This document shows positions 47,821 through 59,325 of a stretch of DNA of 64,000 bases, in pieces (positions within the stretch are counted from its first letter, which is position 1; every line of letters begins with the position of its first letter). Below the pieces are notes generated by a model that worked only from the letters and a program-made list of their open reading frames with translations, had not been told where the DNA came from and searched no databases. A program made the position numbers and the translations under genes. Source of the DNA: Promethearchaeota archaeon (GTDB lineage Archaea > Asgardarchaeota > Heimdallarchaeia > Hodarchaeales > Hodarchaeaceae); assembly GCA_048938105.1 (NCBI GenBank), contig JBHLMN010000005.1:119318-183317 (forward strand), written 5' to 3'.

Positions 47821-50800
47821 TTGGTAGAGATGAGATTAAAGATTGTTCGTCTTTTCGGAATAATATTGTTATTTATTTATATGGTAACGTTATGTTCAAC
47901 AATTGTCTCAATAGAGAAATATGAAAGCGAAGAGACTTCTAATTTCTTTATTGATATACTTAGAGGGGTAGGTATTCCCCCTGCAAAAGAATACATAGGA
48001 GCTCCTATTGAACGTCTTATGTCTGAATCTGTCGATGATGATCTTCATTTTTCCAATTTTAGTATTAATTCTAAAATTGGGGGTTCTTATGCAAGAACAG
48101 ACTGGGTAGATACGCGTTGGAAATTTAGGAAGAATATTACAATAGATCACAATCAGGTACCAGCAGATCTTGAAAATTTCCCAGTGTATGTTGAGTTGTT
48201 TGATACTGATCTTCAGGAGCATGCACAAGCGAGTGGAAATGATATATTTTTCACGAATGAGAAAGGAAAAGTTTTGGATTTCGAAATTGAACAATATCTT
48301 AGAACTTATAACTCTAGTCATGCCAAATTAGTTGCTTGGGTAAGAGCAAATGTGTCAAGTTCTGCCCCTGACACAATTCTTACGATTTATTATGGTAATC
48401 CCTTATCTTCTAATCACGAAAATCCTTCTGGGGTTTGGGATAATAACTATCTTTTTGTTCTTCATATGGATCAAGACCCTTCTATTTCTGATATTCTTGA
48501 TAGCTCTCAAAATGGCTTTGATTTCGATGTAGAACCCACAAGTAATATGAATTCTGATGATCTTGTCATTGCGCAAACTGGTAAAGGAATTTCATTCGAT
48601 GGATCTGATGATTATATATTTCTGCCATACTCTGAGAATTTTATAGGGTCAGTTGATAAAATGACCTTTGAATTCTGGATAATGTTTCCAAACGGAGGTC
48701 CTGTTTCACGAGAATGGCTTGCTGCTCCAGGAACGACCTCTCATAATCCGAGATTGTCTTTTAATTACAATTTTGATTTTAGAGTAGAAGGTATTTTGAC
48801 TTCAACCTCTGAACTGACTTCTGCTTTATCATCTTTTTCAGCAAACACATGGTATTATATTACAGCCATTTGGGATGGGACAGGGGATGGACTTCATGAA
48901 ATATACATTAATGGTCTATGGGATAATGATGATAGCACCCCACTAGCAGAGCAACATATAGAATGGAATACATTTGCCATCGGTGCGGAAGATGACGAGA
49001 CGAATGGTGTTGGTGGTGATAATCCTCATAATGAGATTAATGCAGTAGTTGGAGAATTTAGATTGTCAAACAGTGTTCGAGATTCAAATTGGATTTGGAC
49101 TCAATTTAGCAATCAAAAGGATCCAAGGGATTTTTTCGCCCTTAGTTCAGAAGAAGAATCACCAACACAAGACGACTGGTTACTCCCACTCTATAAATAC
49201 AGAAAGAACATTCATATTAATTCTTCACAAATTAGTGGAACTTTAGTAAACTTCCCTATCCTTATTGATGTTATTGATTCTGACTTAAGTGATACTAGTA
49301 AAGTTCAATCAGATGGGGACGATATTGCATTTACCTCTAATGAGGGATGGATTTGGAGCGATGAGCTGATTAGCAATGGGGGGTTTGAAACAGGGAATTT
49401 CGCTGGATGGACAGTATCTGGAAATTGGGCCGTCGGGACTGATCCATCCCAAGGTGATAAAGGCCCTCAAGCAGGAAGTTATTGTGCATATGTCTCGTCT
49501 TCGGGTCAATCTACTGATTATATTCAGCAAGATATTAACATTGGGAGTTATGCTAGCTATATTGACTCTGGGAAAGCGATATCTAATGTTACTGGATGGA
49601 TGGTGGCAGCAGAAGATGGTTTTGATTATTGTAATATGGCTATTGAATATTTGGACAACATAAAAAGTGTTATCTCAACACCCGTTGACAAAGGCAATTT
49701 ACTACCAACTTCTTGGACAAAATATGGTGCTATTTCAGATTTAATACCAATTAACACCCGATATATTAGAATCCGTGCATCTTGTTGTGAAGAGGGTTGG
49801 GATGCCGGAAGCTTGGACTCTTTTAGTGTGAAAATTGGCACATATCAATCTCTTACTCGTGGTTTCCAACTAAGCCATGACATTGATTATTTTGATCAAG
49901 GAACTGGTCATCTTGTTGCTTGGGTTAATGTACCACGCTTAGCGAGTGATACCAATAACAATATAACCATATATTATGGAAATGATGTTTTAAGAAACAA
50001 CCAAGATCCTTCCAATGTTTGGAAGCAATATCATGAAGCTGTATGGCATCTTTCAGAAGAAAGTGGATCAAGCAGCTATATTGTAGATTCAACAATGAAT
50101 GGGTATGACGGAACACCATCGGGTACCCAATATCTTCAATCAGGATTGGTTGGAGGAGCAAGGGATTTTATAGCTTCAGGAGTTAATGAAATCGTTATGG
50201 ATGATGGTTCTGAATTGCTAGATGGTTGGGATGCTTTTACTATCTCTTTTTGGATATACCCCAACTTTGCCAGTGATTCAGAATGGGAAAGCGCGAGTAA
50301 TGGGGCAGTTTTCTACAAACAACAATCTGCGTGGCTTTCACGAATTTGGCGAGTTTCTGGGATGGATCCAGGTGTGGGTAAATTCCAAGTAGATTTAAAT
50401 TTCGAAAATTCAGGGACTCAATATATAAATGTAGATATTTATCGTCAATATTGGAATTGGATAGTGTATAGCTTTGATGGCCAGTACTTGCGAATTTTTG
50501 TAAATGGATCATTCATGGGATCAAATGATCTGGGGAGCGATAAGCTAGTATCCGATACAAGTCAGTTCAAGCTAGGTAATGGAGCAAGTACGTTTAAAGG
50601 GTATCTTGATGAATTTCAATTACTTAATTATGGAAAAACTGTTGACTGGGTGACAACAGAATACACGAATATCGATGACCCCACCTCATTCTATACTGTA
50701 GGGGAAGAAGAAAACAGTAGTAAGTGGTGGGCTGATACGTCATTCGGATACCGGAGAGATATTGTAATTGACCGTAATGAGATAGCTGGTGATTTGAGGA

Positions 50801-53800
50801 ATTTCCCAGTCCTAATTGACATTAGTTCCACAAGTTTTAAAGAGAGTCAGATAAGATCAGACGCAAATGATATTCTTTTTACTGATGAATTTCAGAATAA
50901 ATTAGATTTTGAGATTGATTATTTCTCACAAACTCCCACCCAAGGACGGTTAATTACCTGGGTTAAAATTCCTTACCTTTATGAATCTGTAGATACTGTA
51001 ATATCTCTTTATTATGGAGGAACATCACCTCTTGAATCACAACAAGATCCTGTTGGTGTATGGGAATCAGATGTTGGGGTATGGCACCTATCAGAGGATC
51101 CCTCTGATACAGATCCTCAATTTAGCGATAGTACAGGAAATTCAAATGATGGAACTGCTGTTGCATTAACAACATCCAATCAAGTGACTGGAATTATTGA
51201 TGGGAGTTTAGAGTTTGACGATACGAACGAACGTCATGTTGAAGTTAATCATTCATCTTCGCTTCAATTATCTTCAAACATTAGCGTATTTACGTGGGTT
51301 AAAACAACAGATAGCGATTCAGATGTTGGAGTTATAGTTGCAAAGTGGGGAAGTCAAAGTACAGACAGAAATTACTGGTTGGGAAAGCTTGATGCCGCAA
51401 ATATTGCATTTTATGTTGATGACACCCAAACAGTATCATCAAATTTAAATCTGATAAATAACGACATCTGGCATCTAGTTGTTGGCGTTGCTGATGCATT
51501 GAATGGTCAATTACGATTGTATGTTGATGGAGTTCTCAGAAATTCAGCCAGTTATGATGGAACTTCTTTTACTGGTAGTTCAAGTTTTCACGTTGGAAAT
51601 AGTCCTGGAGAAATATTTCAAGAATGGAATGGATTAGTTGACGAAGTTCGAGTTTCAGGAAGAATATACTCCGTAGAATGGCAAACAACTTCATATAACA
51701 ATCAATTATTACCTTCAAATTTCATTGTTGTGAGTGGAGAACGAGAATTCGATGTAATATCTCCTACCCTAAATGACTTTGGTGTTGATGACCTAGGAAC
51801 TGGTACAGGTGTGTTCTGGGCACAGGTTACTGATAATTTAGCTGGAGTGAGTTCTGTAAAACTTGAAGTAAATGGAATACCTCATTTAATGAGTGATAAT
51901 GGGACACATTGGATTCATCAAGAAACGGTGGATTATTTAGGCTATTACGAATATCAGATTATTAATGCGTCGGATTCAGTTGGAAATTATCTTATAAATC
52001 CCTCTATTGTGAGAAATTATACATTTATTAATGATATCGTTGCCCCTGATGTAATTGATTGGAAATATATAAGGGTAGAGGATAGATTTTATGCAAATGT
52101 AACTGATTCATGGGGTACGATCGATACTGTTATTGTAGAAGTAACTGCTCATACAGTTTCCTTACCTGATCCCCCAACAGCTGTAATGCAGTTTTACCAG
52201 GATTTTGGAAGTGATCTTCTGGGATATTTGAATGATACTATCGAAATGAGCTCTGGTGATATTGAATTTAGAATTTTTGTCAATGACAGCAATGGTAATT
52301 CTTATACTTCAAGTCCCCACCCTGGAACTGTCTTTAAGAATCATCCTCCTGTTGTCAGTGATCTTACACTAGATACTGCTCCTTATCATAGTAATAGTCC
52401 ATTAGAACTATCATATAATTACACTGATGAGGATGGACATGCAGAAGTTGGAACTGAAATAAGATGGTACAAGAACAATGGCACAGGATTTCAACTAGTT
52501 CCTGATAAGAATAATAGCCTCACAATATCCGCTTCTTTGCTCTTTAAGGATGATGAGTGGTATGTTACCGTAAGACCTAAGGATGGACAAGCTTTTGGGG
52601 ATCTTGAAAACTCTACAATAATAACGATTACTAATACTCCTCCAATTGTTCAATCTGTTCAATTGAATCCAATAAGTGCCTACACTACTTCTGCTCTTAC
52701 TATTCTAAACACCACATCTGATTATGATGGAGACACTATAACAAAATACTACATTGAATGGTTTGTAAATTCTATTCATGATCCAACTTATGATAATGAA
52801 TTTCAGATTAATCCAATTAGCACCACTAAAAACGAGTTTTGGTATTGTCATCTAAGAGCCTTTGATGGAACTGACAATTCAACTTGGGTTAATTCAAATA
52901 CGATCACAATACTAAATAGCCTTCCCAAGGCAGTAAATCTTTCCATTACTCCTGCACAGCCATATAACACTTCCATATTGACAGCAAACTGGGATATGCA
53001 GGATGCGGATGGTGATAGCGAGAATAAAAGTCTCGCAATAATATATTGGTTCAAATATGGAATTCCTCAACTTCATTTAACCAATTCTACCTATATTAAT
53101 CCTGATAATACCAGTAAAGGTCAACTATGGTCGTTTAAAATCCGAGTCTGGGATGGTACAGCTTATTCTGGAAATTACTCTATTTCTCCAATCGAAATAT
53201 TAAACTCGGTTCCAACAGTTAAAAACGTAGAAATATTAATTTCTAATCCTCAATCAGGTGATGATTTGCCAATCGGATGGTATTATTCCGATCTCGATAA
53301 CGATTCGGCTGGAACTCCATTAATTAAATGGTATAGAGATAATGAGTTAATATATGAAAATTATGACCCCTTACCATCATCTGTTACAACCAAAGGGGAG
53401 TATTGGCATTATGGGATTCAGGTTTTCGACGGAGAGGTTTATTCAGCTCAGGTGAACTCAACACAAGTATATATTGAAAATACTGTTCCTATTATTGAAT
53501 CTCTCTCCCTTACAAGTGATGCAAAAACATTAGACGATTTAATAGCTTCTTGGAATGCCCTTGATAATGATACAAGTGATGACTTAGAATTTAATGTTAC
53601 TTTTTATTTAAATGGGAATAAAAATTCTTCATGGCTCACAACTAGCTCAAGTGTGATTTTAGAGTCAGGAAACACTACTAAGCATGATTTATGGTATTTT
53701 ACAGTAGAAGCGTTTGATGGAGACGCATATTCTAACATCTTCTCATTAGAAAGCAATGTTACTATTTATAATTCTTTACCTATTGTACCCCCGAGTAGTG

Positions 53801-56800
53801 CGACTTTCAATAAAACTACTCCGCTAAACAACGAAGGTTTTAATATCACTTATCAATTTACTGATGTTGATGGTGATGTAGAAAACCTAAGTAAAATATT
53901 TGTATATTGGTTTGTAGATTCAGGTGCTGGATTTGAACATCGTCTTGAATTTCAAAATTATACAGAAATCCACTCTGATAATACCTCGGATGGCCAGATT
54001 TGGTATTATAAACTAAGAGTAAGTGACAATGAGGGATATAGTATTAATGTAACCTCAATTTTGGGAGTTCAAATTGGGACTGGTGGTCCGGAAAATAAAC
54101 AACCTAAAGCATGGAATCTGACAATTAAACCGATTTCTCCAAACACAACTCAATCGCTTATCGCAAATTATACTTATTTCGATTTTGATGATGACCCACA
54201 AGTTGCAGTTGAAATACTTTGGTATATGAATAATGATCTTCAACCTGAATTTACTAATCTACTCACTATTTCTTCAAGCGTTACAGAAAAAGGTCAAGAA
54301 TGGAATTTCACTGTTAAAGTTTTTGATGGAACCGATTGGAGCCCGCTAAATTCATCTGATACCATAACGGTTTCTAATGCAGAACCATTCGCAAGTAATC
54401 TTGATTTAACTTCTAATATCTATACTGATGATAACTTAATTGCATCGTGGCAAGCATTTGATTATGATTCAAGTGATAGTTTAACATACAACATAACTTG
54501 GTACCAAAATGGTGTGAAGAATTATTCTTGGATCACTTCAGATCTTAGTGCTGTGTTGAATCATGAAAATACAACTAAGAATGCGAATTGGACCTTCTCC
54601 ATTCAAGTTTTTGACGGAATTATAAACTCACAAGTTTTTTCGTTGGATTATAATGTTACAATATTGAACTCAGCCCCCATAGCCGCAAATCTGACGATAA
54701 CTTCTAATCCACGGAGTATAGATGATCTCATCGCTGGATGGGATTATGATGATATTGATGGTGATCCTGAAGCCGACTCTAGTGCGATTATTACATGGTA
54801 CAAAAATGGAGAGAATCAAACAGGCTTATTCAATAATGATGTGATTGATTCTGGGAATTTAGGTAAGGATGAAAAATGGTGGTTTACAGTTCAAGTTTCA
54901 GATGGAGAAGACCACTCTCTTCAGATATATGAATCTAACCACGTTACAATCTTGAATACAGAACCTCTTATCTCTGGGAGCCAACTTCCTGTTCCTAGTA
55001 GCCCCACTCGACTATCTGGGATTGATCTTAATTTAAACGATATTTTACTTGCCTTCAATGACCCAGATTTAGACGATATTGAAATAATTGAAATCAGTTG
55101 GTATAGAAACAATGTTTCACAAGAACAATTCGCACAGAGTTTGTCAATCGATGGAGATTATTTCACGAAGGGTGAAACTTGGAATTATTCTGTGATTGTT
55201 ACCGATGGTTTATCTAATTCGTCTGTTCTCTTCTCTCAAGTGTTTCAAATTAAAAATTCGAAGCCCGTTGTAGAAAATTCACATTTTGAGGACACTGATG
55301 TTAAAACAAATGATGATCTGGTAATTATATACCAAGCGACGGATGTTGATAATGATCCAATAACAGTAGCTAATATAATTTGGGAGCTTTATAATTCTAC
55401 TAGTGGCGAATATGATATAATGACAGATTATAACAATACGATGGTTTTACCTTCTAATGCCACAACAAAAGGGGAAATCTGGTTGTTTGAAATTCAGGTG
55501 ACGGATGGATTACTAGTTTCCGAATGGGACGACCCGACAATCCCAATTGTGATAGAGAATAGTGTTCCTCGTATAATTATAGATAGTATTACCATTTCTG
55601 GGGGGGAAACTACTCAAAGTTCTCTAACTGTGAATTACTATTGGGAAGATGACGATCCTGAGGATGATGAAGGAGCGACAGGAATTATCTGGGAAAGTAG
55701 TACTCAATATATAACAAATGAATCTACCAATCTTCCTTCTAAATATACTGTTGCTGGAGAAAGATGGTGGGTAACCATACGTCCTCATGATGGAGAGGAT
55801 TACGGGGAGTATTATGATAGTAAACAGTTTGGGGTGACCATTATCATCGGGAACACTCCACCTTACGTAATACCTGATGAAGCAGCAATATTCGGTATTT
55901 TAAATGAAACTATTTATGATAGAAGTACTGTAGGAACTACCCTTGACTTGGTTGTTAAATATAATGCTTCTGATATTGATGGTGATCAAGGAGTAGTTGC
56001 TTATGATATCGTACTAATTGAAGGGGATTATGTAAGTAATTCAGAATATCATTGGTATAGAAATCGCTCTGGAATTGTTACCCAAGTATCAACATTAAAT
56101 GGGAAAACCAAAGTTCCATTCTATTTCACACAACGTGGTGACATTTGGTGGTGTGAGATAAAGCCAAGAGATCTTTACGGTGATTTTGGCTCTACTTATA
56201 ACTCAACTCCAATAATTATTGGAAATACCGCGCCCAAGATTAGGGATATCAGTTGGTTAAATGATTATCCAACTGCTAATGACAATTTAAGTATCGAATT
56301 TGATTATTTTGATGCTGATAATGATCCTATAGTGGAATCTAAAACTCTTATATTGTGGTACAAAAATGGGAACCTAATATTTGGCACTGAAAATCAAACA
56401 ACTATATCAAACACCTATTTTATAAAAGATGATAACATTACTGTTATCATTAGACCATTTGATGGAAAAAATTGGGCAGCATGTAATTTTACTAGCGGAA
56501 TCATTCGAATACAGAACTCCCCCCCAATTATTAATGAGATTATACTTGAACCTTTAGTTTTCGAGGATCTTGCAATTTTGTGCCTTAATTGGTCTTATTA
56601 TGATTTAGACGGAGATCCTGAAAGTAATAATTACTATATTAGATGGATTAGAAATGGAGGGGTTGTGCCTGAGTTTGAGAATTCATCATATATCCCCTTA
56701 ATTACTGTAAGTAATGGCGATTTATGGCGTGTTGAACTGAAGGTTAATGATGGAACGAATTATAGTGTTCTCTACTTAAATCATATTTATACCAAAGTTG

Positions 56801-58479
56801 TGAGAGTTGAGTACGTTTTTGAAGCATCTTCAAATGTTGATCCCAATATTAGAATAGATGAATTTTGTGTAGAAGACGAGAATATCAGAATTATATATCA
56901 ATTTTCGATTCAAAACGATGCCCTCAATTCGTTAATTCAATGGTACAAAATTTTTCCAAATGGGACATACATCGAAGTGTTTGACTTTGAAAATTCTACT
57001 TCCATACCTTATTGGGCCACTTCGGTTGGTGAAAGGTGGTACTGCACAATTACTCCCTTTGATGGAAAGTACTACTGGAGAAGGATTAATACATCACGGA
57101 TTATAATACTAAGTCGTCCAATTATTGAAACATTAATAGAAGATATAGTAATAGCACTATCTGATATAGAAGGCCATTATCTCTTCAACCTGACAGTAGG
57201 TGATACTGAAAATCCTGTTACATTCGTTGAATACACACTAAATGATACTGTACGCCTTGCGGAGCAAATAAATCAAAATACATGGGTATTAGATTATCAG
57301 CTACCAATTAATAATTTCGCGAGCTTAGAGGGAACCTTGATTGTCGGAGAAGTTAAAGTAGGGTACTCAGTAAATCAATCATTTGATGTATTTACATTTC
57401 TTAATCTTAACTTTACAGTTGTTGATTCTGCTGCTCCAAGAGTATTCAATGCATATTTTGCTCCTAGTGAGGTAAATATCACCTTTTTTGCAGAAGTAGA
57501 AGAATTCGGGAGTGGTATAAACTCGGTAATATGTCATTACTACTTTGAACCTGTAAATGAGACTGAAGGTGGAGCTGGAGGCTCAATAAACCACTATGTG
57601 CATTCATCTCAGATGACTTTTTTGAATTCTACAGACTCAGCTCAACTTTATTTAGTAACAATACCATTCAAACAAAACGGAACTGATTGGAGAGTTATTT
57701 ATTGGATAGAAACCTTTGATAATGCAGGTAATCATAATCCAAGGGCATTTGATGTTTTAAGAGATGAACCTGAAAGTGTTGATTTAAATATAATAAAGTT
57801 CATTCCCCCTGGGTTGCCTCAATGGATATTACTAGTTGCTGGAGCCATTATTTTCCTTATTTTTTTCGGTGCTGTCGTTTATGTACGATTTATCCGAAAG
57901 GCTGAATTGGTAGGATTAGACAAAGAGATGGTAATGAAAGGTATAGCACAATTCTCTGATGCTGAAATCTCATCACAGATGGAGCATCATACAATTGGAG
58001 GTATGGTAAGTTTCTTTGATCAACGACATGGGCCTATTCCCATTGTCGTTCATCCTGAAGTTTTGAAAGACAATTTTCCTAAGCTTGTTGATCTCAGTGA
58101 TAAGTCTTTTTCGAGTACTGGTTTTAGTAGTAACTTTACTACTGAAACAACCTCATCTTATGATTATGTGCTAGACCAAGATTTACTTGTCGCAGTCATG
58201 AGCTTTGGATTCTCCTTAGACAAACCTCAGGCTAGAGGGGGACAAGAAAATATCACTTTTAATCTTATTATCTATAAAGATCTTTTCGATCTCCTGAATC
58301 AATTTCTCAATGAAATAAAGGTTGAGGTTCATAAGTTACATATGATTATGAATGATCCATCCACACCAAAACAACAGTTGAGAAATGACATTGTTCGGAT
58401 CAGGAAGTATGTTACTAGCATTATTATGAGCTATGAGTCACAATATGGGACCACAGAACTCCTTGAGGAAGAAATTTAA
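47821..58479 (+). CDS. Giant (3552 aa) type-I membrane protein: 3x (DUF2341-like + LamG), ~15 Ig/cadherin-like repeats, TM helix, cytoplasmic longin/uDENN-like domain
   Basis: Three W..(Y/F)R(K/R).I.I..NFPV/I modules each followed by a LamG-like region; repeated NxxP..DxDxD..W(Y/F)..T.KG..W..DG units; TM WILLVAGAIIFLIFFGAVVYV; tail with SFFDQRHGPIP. Confidence 0.85.
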   Translation: MVEMRLKIVRLFGIILLFIYMVTLCSTIVSIEKYESEETSNFFIDILRGVGIPPAKEYIGAPIERLMSESVDDDLHFSNFSINSKIGGSYARTDWVDTRWKFRKNITIDHNQVPADLENFPVYVELFDTDLQEHAQASGNDIFFTNEKGKVLDFEIEQYLRTYNSSHAKLVAWVRANVSSSAPDTILTIYYGNPLSSNHENPSGVWDNNYLFVLHMDQDPSISDILDSSQNGFDFDVEPTSNMNSDDLVIAQTGKGISFDGSDDYIFLPYSENFIGSVDKMTFEFWIMFPNGGPVSREWLAAPGTTSHNPRLSFNYNFDFRVEGILTSTSELTSALSSFSANTWYYITAIWDGTGDGLHEIYINGLWDNDDSTPLAEQHIEWNTFAIGAEDDETNGVGGDNPHNEINAVVGEFRLSNSVRDSNWIWTQFSNQKDPRDFFALSSEEESPTQDDWLLPLYKYRKNIHINSSQISGTLVNFPILIDVIDSDLSDTSKVQSDGDDIAFTSNEGWIWSDELISNGGFETGNFAGWTVSGNWAVGTDPSQGDKGPQAGSYCAYVSSSGQSTDYIQQDINIGSYASYIDSGKAISNVTGWMVAAEDGFDYCNMAIEYLDNIKSVISTPVDKGNLLPTSWTKYGAISDLIPINTRYIRIRASCCEEGWDAGSLDSFSVKIGTYQSLTRGFQLSHDIDYFDQGTGHLVAWVNVPRLASDTNNNITIYYGNDVLRNNQDPSNVWKQYHEAVWHLSEESGSSSYIVDSTMNGYDGTPSGTQYLQSGLVGGARDFIASGVNEIVMDDGSELLDGWDAFTISFWIYPNFASDSEWESASNGAVFYKQQSAWLSRIWRVSGMDPGVGKFQVDLNFENSGTQYINVDIYRQYWNWIVYSFDGQYLRIFVNGSFMGSNDLGSDKLVSDTSQFKLGNGASTFKGYLDEFQLLNYGKTVDWVTTEYTNIDDPTSFYTVGEEENSSKWWADTSFGYRRDIVIDRNEIAGDLRNFPVLIDISSTSFKESQIRSDANDILFTDEFQNKLDFEIDYFSQTPTQGRLITWVKIPYLYESVDTVISLYYGGTSPLESQQDPVGVWESDVGVWHLSEDPSDTDPQFSDSTGNSNDGTAVALTTSNQVTGIIDGSLEFDDTNERHVEVNHSSSLQLSSNISVFTWVKTTDSDSDVGVIVAKWGSQSTDRNYWLGKLDAANIAFYVDDTQTVSSNLNLINNDIWHLVVGVADALNGQLRLYVDGVLRNSASYDGTSFTGSSSFHVGNSPGEIFQEWNGLVDEVRVSGRIYSVEWQTTSYNNQLLPSNFIVVSGEREFDVISPTLNDFGVDDLGTGTGVFWAQVTDNLAGVSSVKLEVNGIPHLMSDNGTHWIHQETVDYLGYYEYQIINASDSVGNYLINPSIVRNYTFINDIVAPDVIDWKYIRVEDRFYANVTDSWGTIDTVIVEVTAHTVSLPDPPTAVMQFYQDFGSDLLGYLNDTIEMSSGDIEFRIFVNDSNGNSYTSSPHPGTVFKNHPPVVSDLTLDTAPYHSNSPLELSYNYTDEDGHAEVGTEIRWYKNNGTGFQLVPDKNNSLTISASLLFKDDEWYVTVRPKDGQAFGDLENSTIITITNTPPIVQSVQLNPISAYTTSALTILNTTSDYDGDTITKYYIEWFVNSIHDPTYDNEFQINPISTTKNEFWYCHLRAFDGTDNSTWVNSNTITILNSLPKAVNLSITPAQPYNTSILTANWDMQDADGDSENKSLAIIYWFKYGIPQLHLTNSTYINPDNTSKGQLWSFKIRVWDGTAYSGNYSISPIEILNSVPTVKNVEILISNPQSGDDLPIGWYYSDLDNDSAGTPLIKWYRDNELIYENYDPLPSSVTTKGEYWHYGIQVFDGEVYSAQVNSTQVYIENTVPIIESLSLTSDAKTLDDLIASWNALDNDTSDDLEFNVTFYLNGNKNSSWLTTSSSVILESGNTTKHDLWYFTVEAFDGDAYSNIFSLESNVTIYNSLPIVPPSSATFNKTTPLNNEGFNITYQFTDVDGDVENLSKIFVYWFVDSGAGFEHRLEFQNYTEIHSDNTSDGQIWYYKLRVSDNEGYSINVTSILGVQIGTGGPENKQPKAWNLTIKPISPNTTQSLIANYTYFDFDDDPQVAVEILWYMNNDLQPEFTNLLTISSSVTEKGQEWNFTVKVFDGTDWSPLNSSDTITVSNAEPFASNLDLTSNIYTDDNLIASWQAFDYDSSDSLTYNITWYQNGVKNYSWITSDLSAVLNHENTTKNANWTFSIQVFDGIINSQVFSLDYNVTILNSAPIAANLTITSNPRSIDDLIAGWDYDDIDGDPEADSSAIITWYKNGENQTGLFNNDVIDSGNLGKDEKWWFTVQVSDGEDHSLQIYESNHVTILNTEPLISGSQLPVPSSPTRLSGIDLNLNDILLAFNDPDLDDIEIIEISWYRNNVSQEQFAQSLSIDGDYFTKGETWNYSVIVTDGLSNSSVLFSQVFQIKNSKPVVENSHFEDTDVKTNDDLVIIYQATDVDNDPITVANIIWELYNSTSGEYDIMTDYNNTMVLPSNATTKGEIWLFEIQVTDGLLVSEWDDPTIPIVIENSVPRIIIDSITISGGETTQSSLTVNYYWEDDDPEDDEGATGIIWESSTQYITNESTNLPSKYTVAGERWWVTIRPHDGEDYGEYYDSKQFGVTIIIGNTPPYVIPDEAAIFGILNETIYDRSTVGTTLDLVVKYNASDIDGDQGVVAYDIVLIEGDYVSNSEYHWYRNRSGIVTQVSTLNGKTKVPFYFTQRGDIWWCEIKPRDLYGDFGSTYNSTPIIIGNTAPKIRDISWLNDYPTANDNLSIEFDYFDADNDPIVESKTLILWYKNGNLIFGTENQTTISNTYFIKDDNITVIIRPFDGKNWAACNFTSGIIRIQNSPPIINEIILEPLVFEDLAILCLNWSYYDLDGDPESNNYYIRWIRNGGVVPEFENSSYIPLITVSNGDLWRVELKVNDGTNYSVLYLNHIYTKVVRVEYVFEASSNVDPNIRIDEFCVEDENIRIIYQFSIQNDALNSLIQWYKIFPNGTYIEVFDFENSTSIPYWATSVGERWYCTITPFDGKYYWRRINTSRIIILSRPIIETLIEDIVIALSDIEGHYLFNLTVGDTENPVTFVEYTLNDTVRLAEQINQNTWVLDYQLPINNFASLEGTLIVGEVKVGYSVNQSFDVFTFLNLNFTVVDSAAPRVFNAYFAPSEVNITFFAEVEEFGSGINSVICHYYFEPVNETEGGAGGSINHYVHSSQMTFLNSTDSAQLYLVTIPFKQNGTDWRVIYWIETFDNAGNHNPRAFDVLRDEPESVDLNIIKFIPPGLPQWILLVAGAIIFLIFFGAVVYVRFIRKAELVGLDKEMVMKGIAQFSDAEISSQMEHHTIGGMVSFFDQRHGPIPIVVHPEVLKDNFPKLVDLSDKSFSSTGFSSNFTTETTSSYDYVLDQDLLVAVMSFGFSLDKPQARGGQENITFNLIIYKDLFDLLNQFLNEIKVEVHKLHMIMNDPSTPKQQLRNDIVRIRKYVTSIIMSYESQYGTTELLEEEI

Positions 58480-59325
58480 GTTAAAGAAGAAATACCTCAG
58501 ATTGCTAATCTGGTTTTGGCTTTAATTGAATTTTAATTAATGATTATAATACTATAAAATCCTTTAAGGGAACCACTCACAACCATCTCATTCTAATCTA
58601 AATCCTTTTACTGAATTTTGGATTCATATTTTACCTTGTTAGCTTAACAGATGCAGCAGTAACCCAAGAGTGAGAAACAACCAAGTGTTTGCAGCCAGCT
58701 TGAATAATGGGAAAGGAGTCTTTGAAATAAAAACAGCTATGTCTAAGATTATGGAGAACGCCAAAAGGACAGAAACATAAAAGACTGTTAGATCTACCCC
58801 CCAAATTTCTTCATAATTTAAAAATGTATAAAAATTATCGATAAACCATCAGGACGTTTCTTTTAGGCATTAAAAGCATAAATGTAAAGGAATATTGCCC
58901 TGTGTGTTATTTAGATGGGGGTTTTATCATATAATAACTAGTAAAGGATTTAAATTCAAACATATCTTCGGAATTTTAGGTCTTTCGGGCTTTGTGTTCA
59001 TTTATCAGATTTGTATAAGTAATATTTCTTAGATCTTTCATAATGGCTCTTTATAGGAGTGCAATTCATATTCAAATTGGTACCTTAGATAATAGTTTTA
59101 TTATTGCTCTATTATTTATGTTTCAAAGCTCCTAGAGTAAAAAAAAGAGTCCTAGAATCCAAGCAACAATTATTATTATCAAAAACAATATCTACAATAG
59201 ACTGATTTCTATTTCAATCTCTTATTAGTAGTATTTAGATAGATTTAAAATAATTAGTTTGAGTGGCTAACTATCATTATAATATTTAGGAGGTTCAATA
59301 AATTAAAGACAAGCTTCAATCTATT

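Noticed and set aside
47908-55112. Short alternative-frame and antisense ORFs within the giant gene (and similar ones inside ptrB, the kinase, ABC and subtilase genes)
   Set aside because: Fully nested in well-supported genes and lacking motifs.
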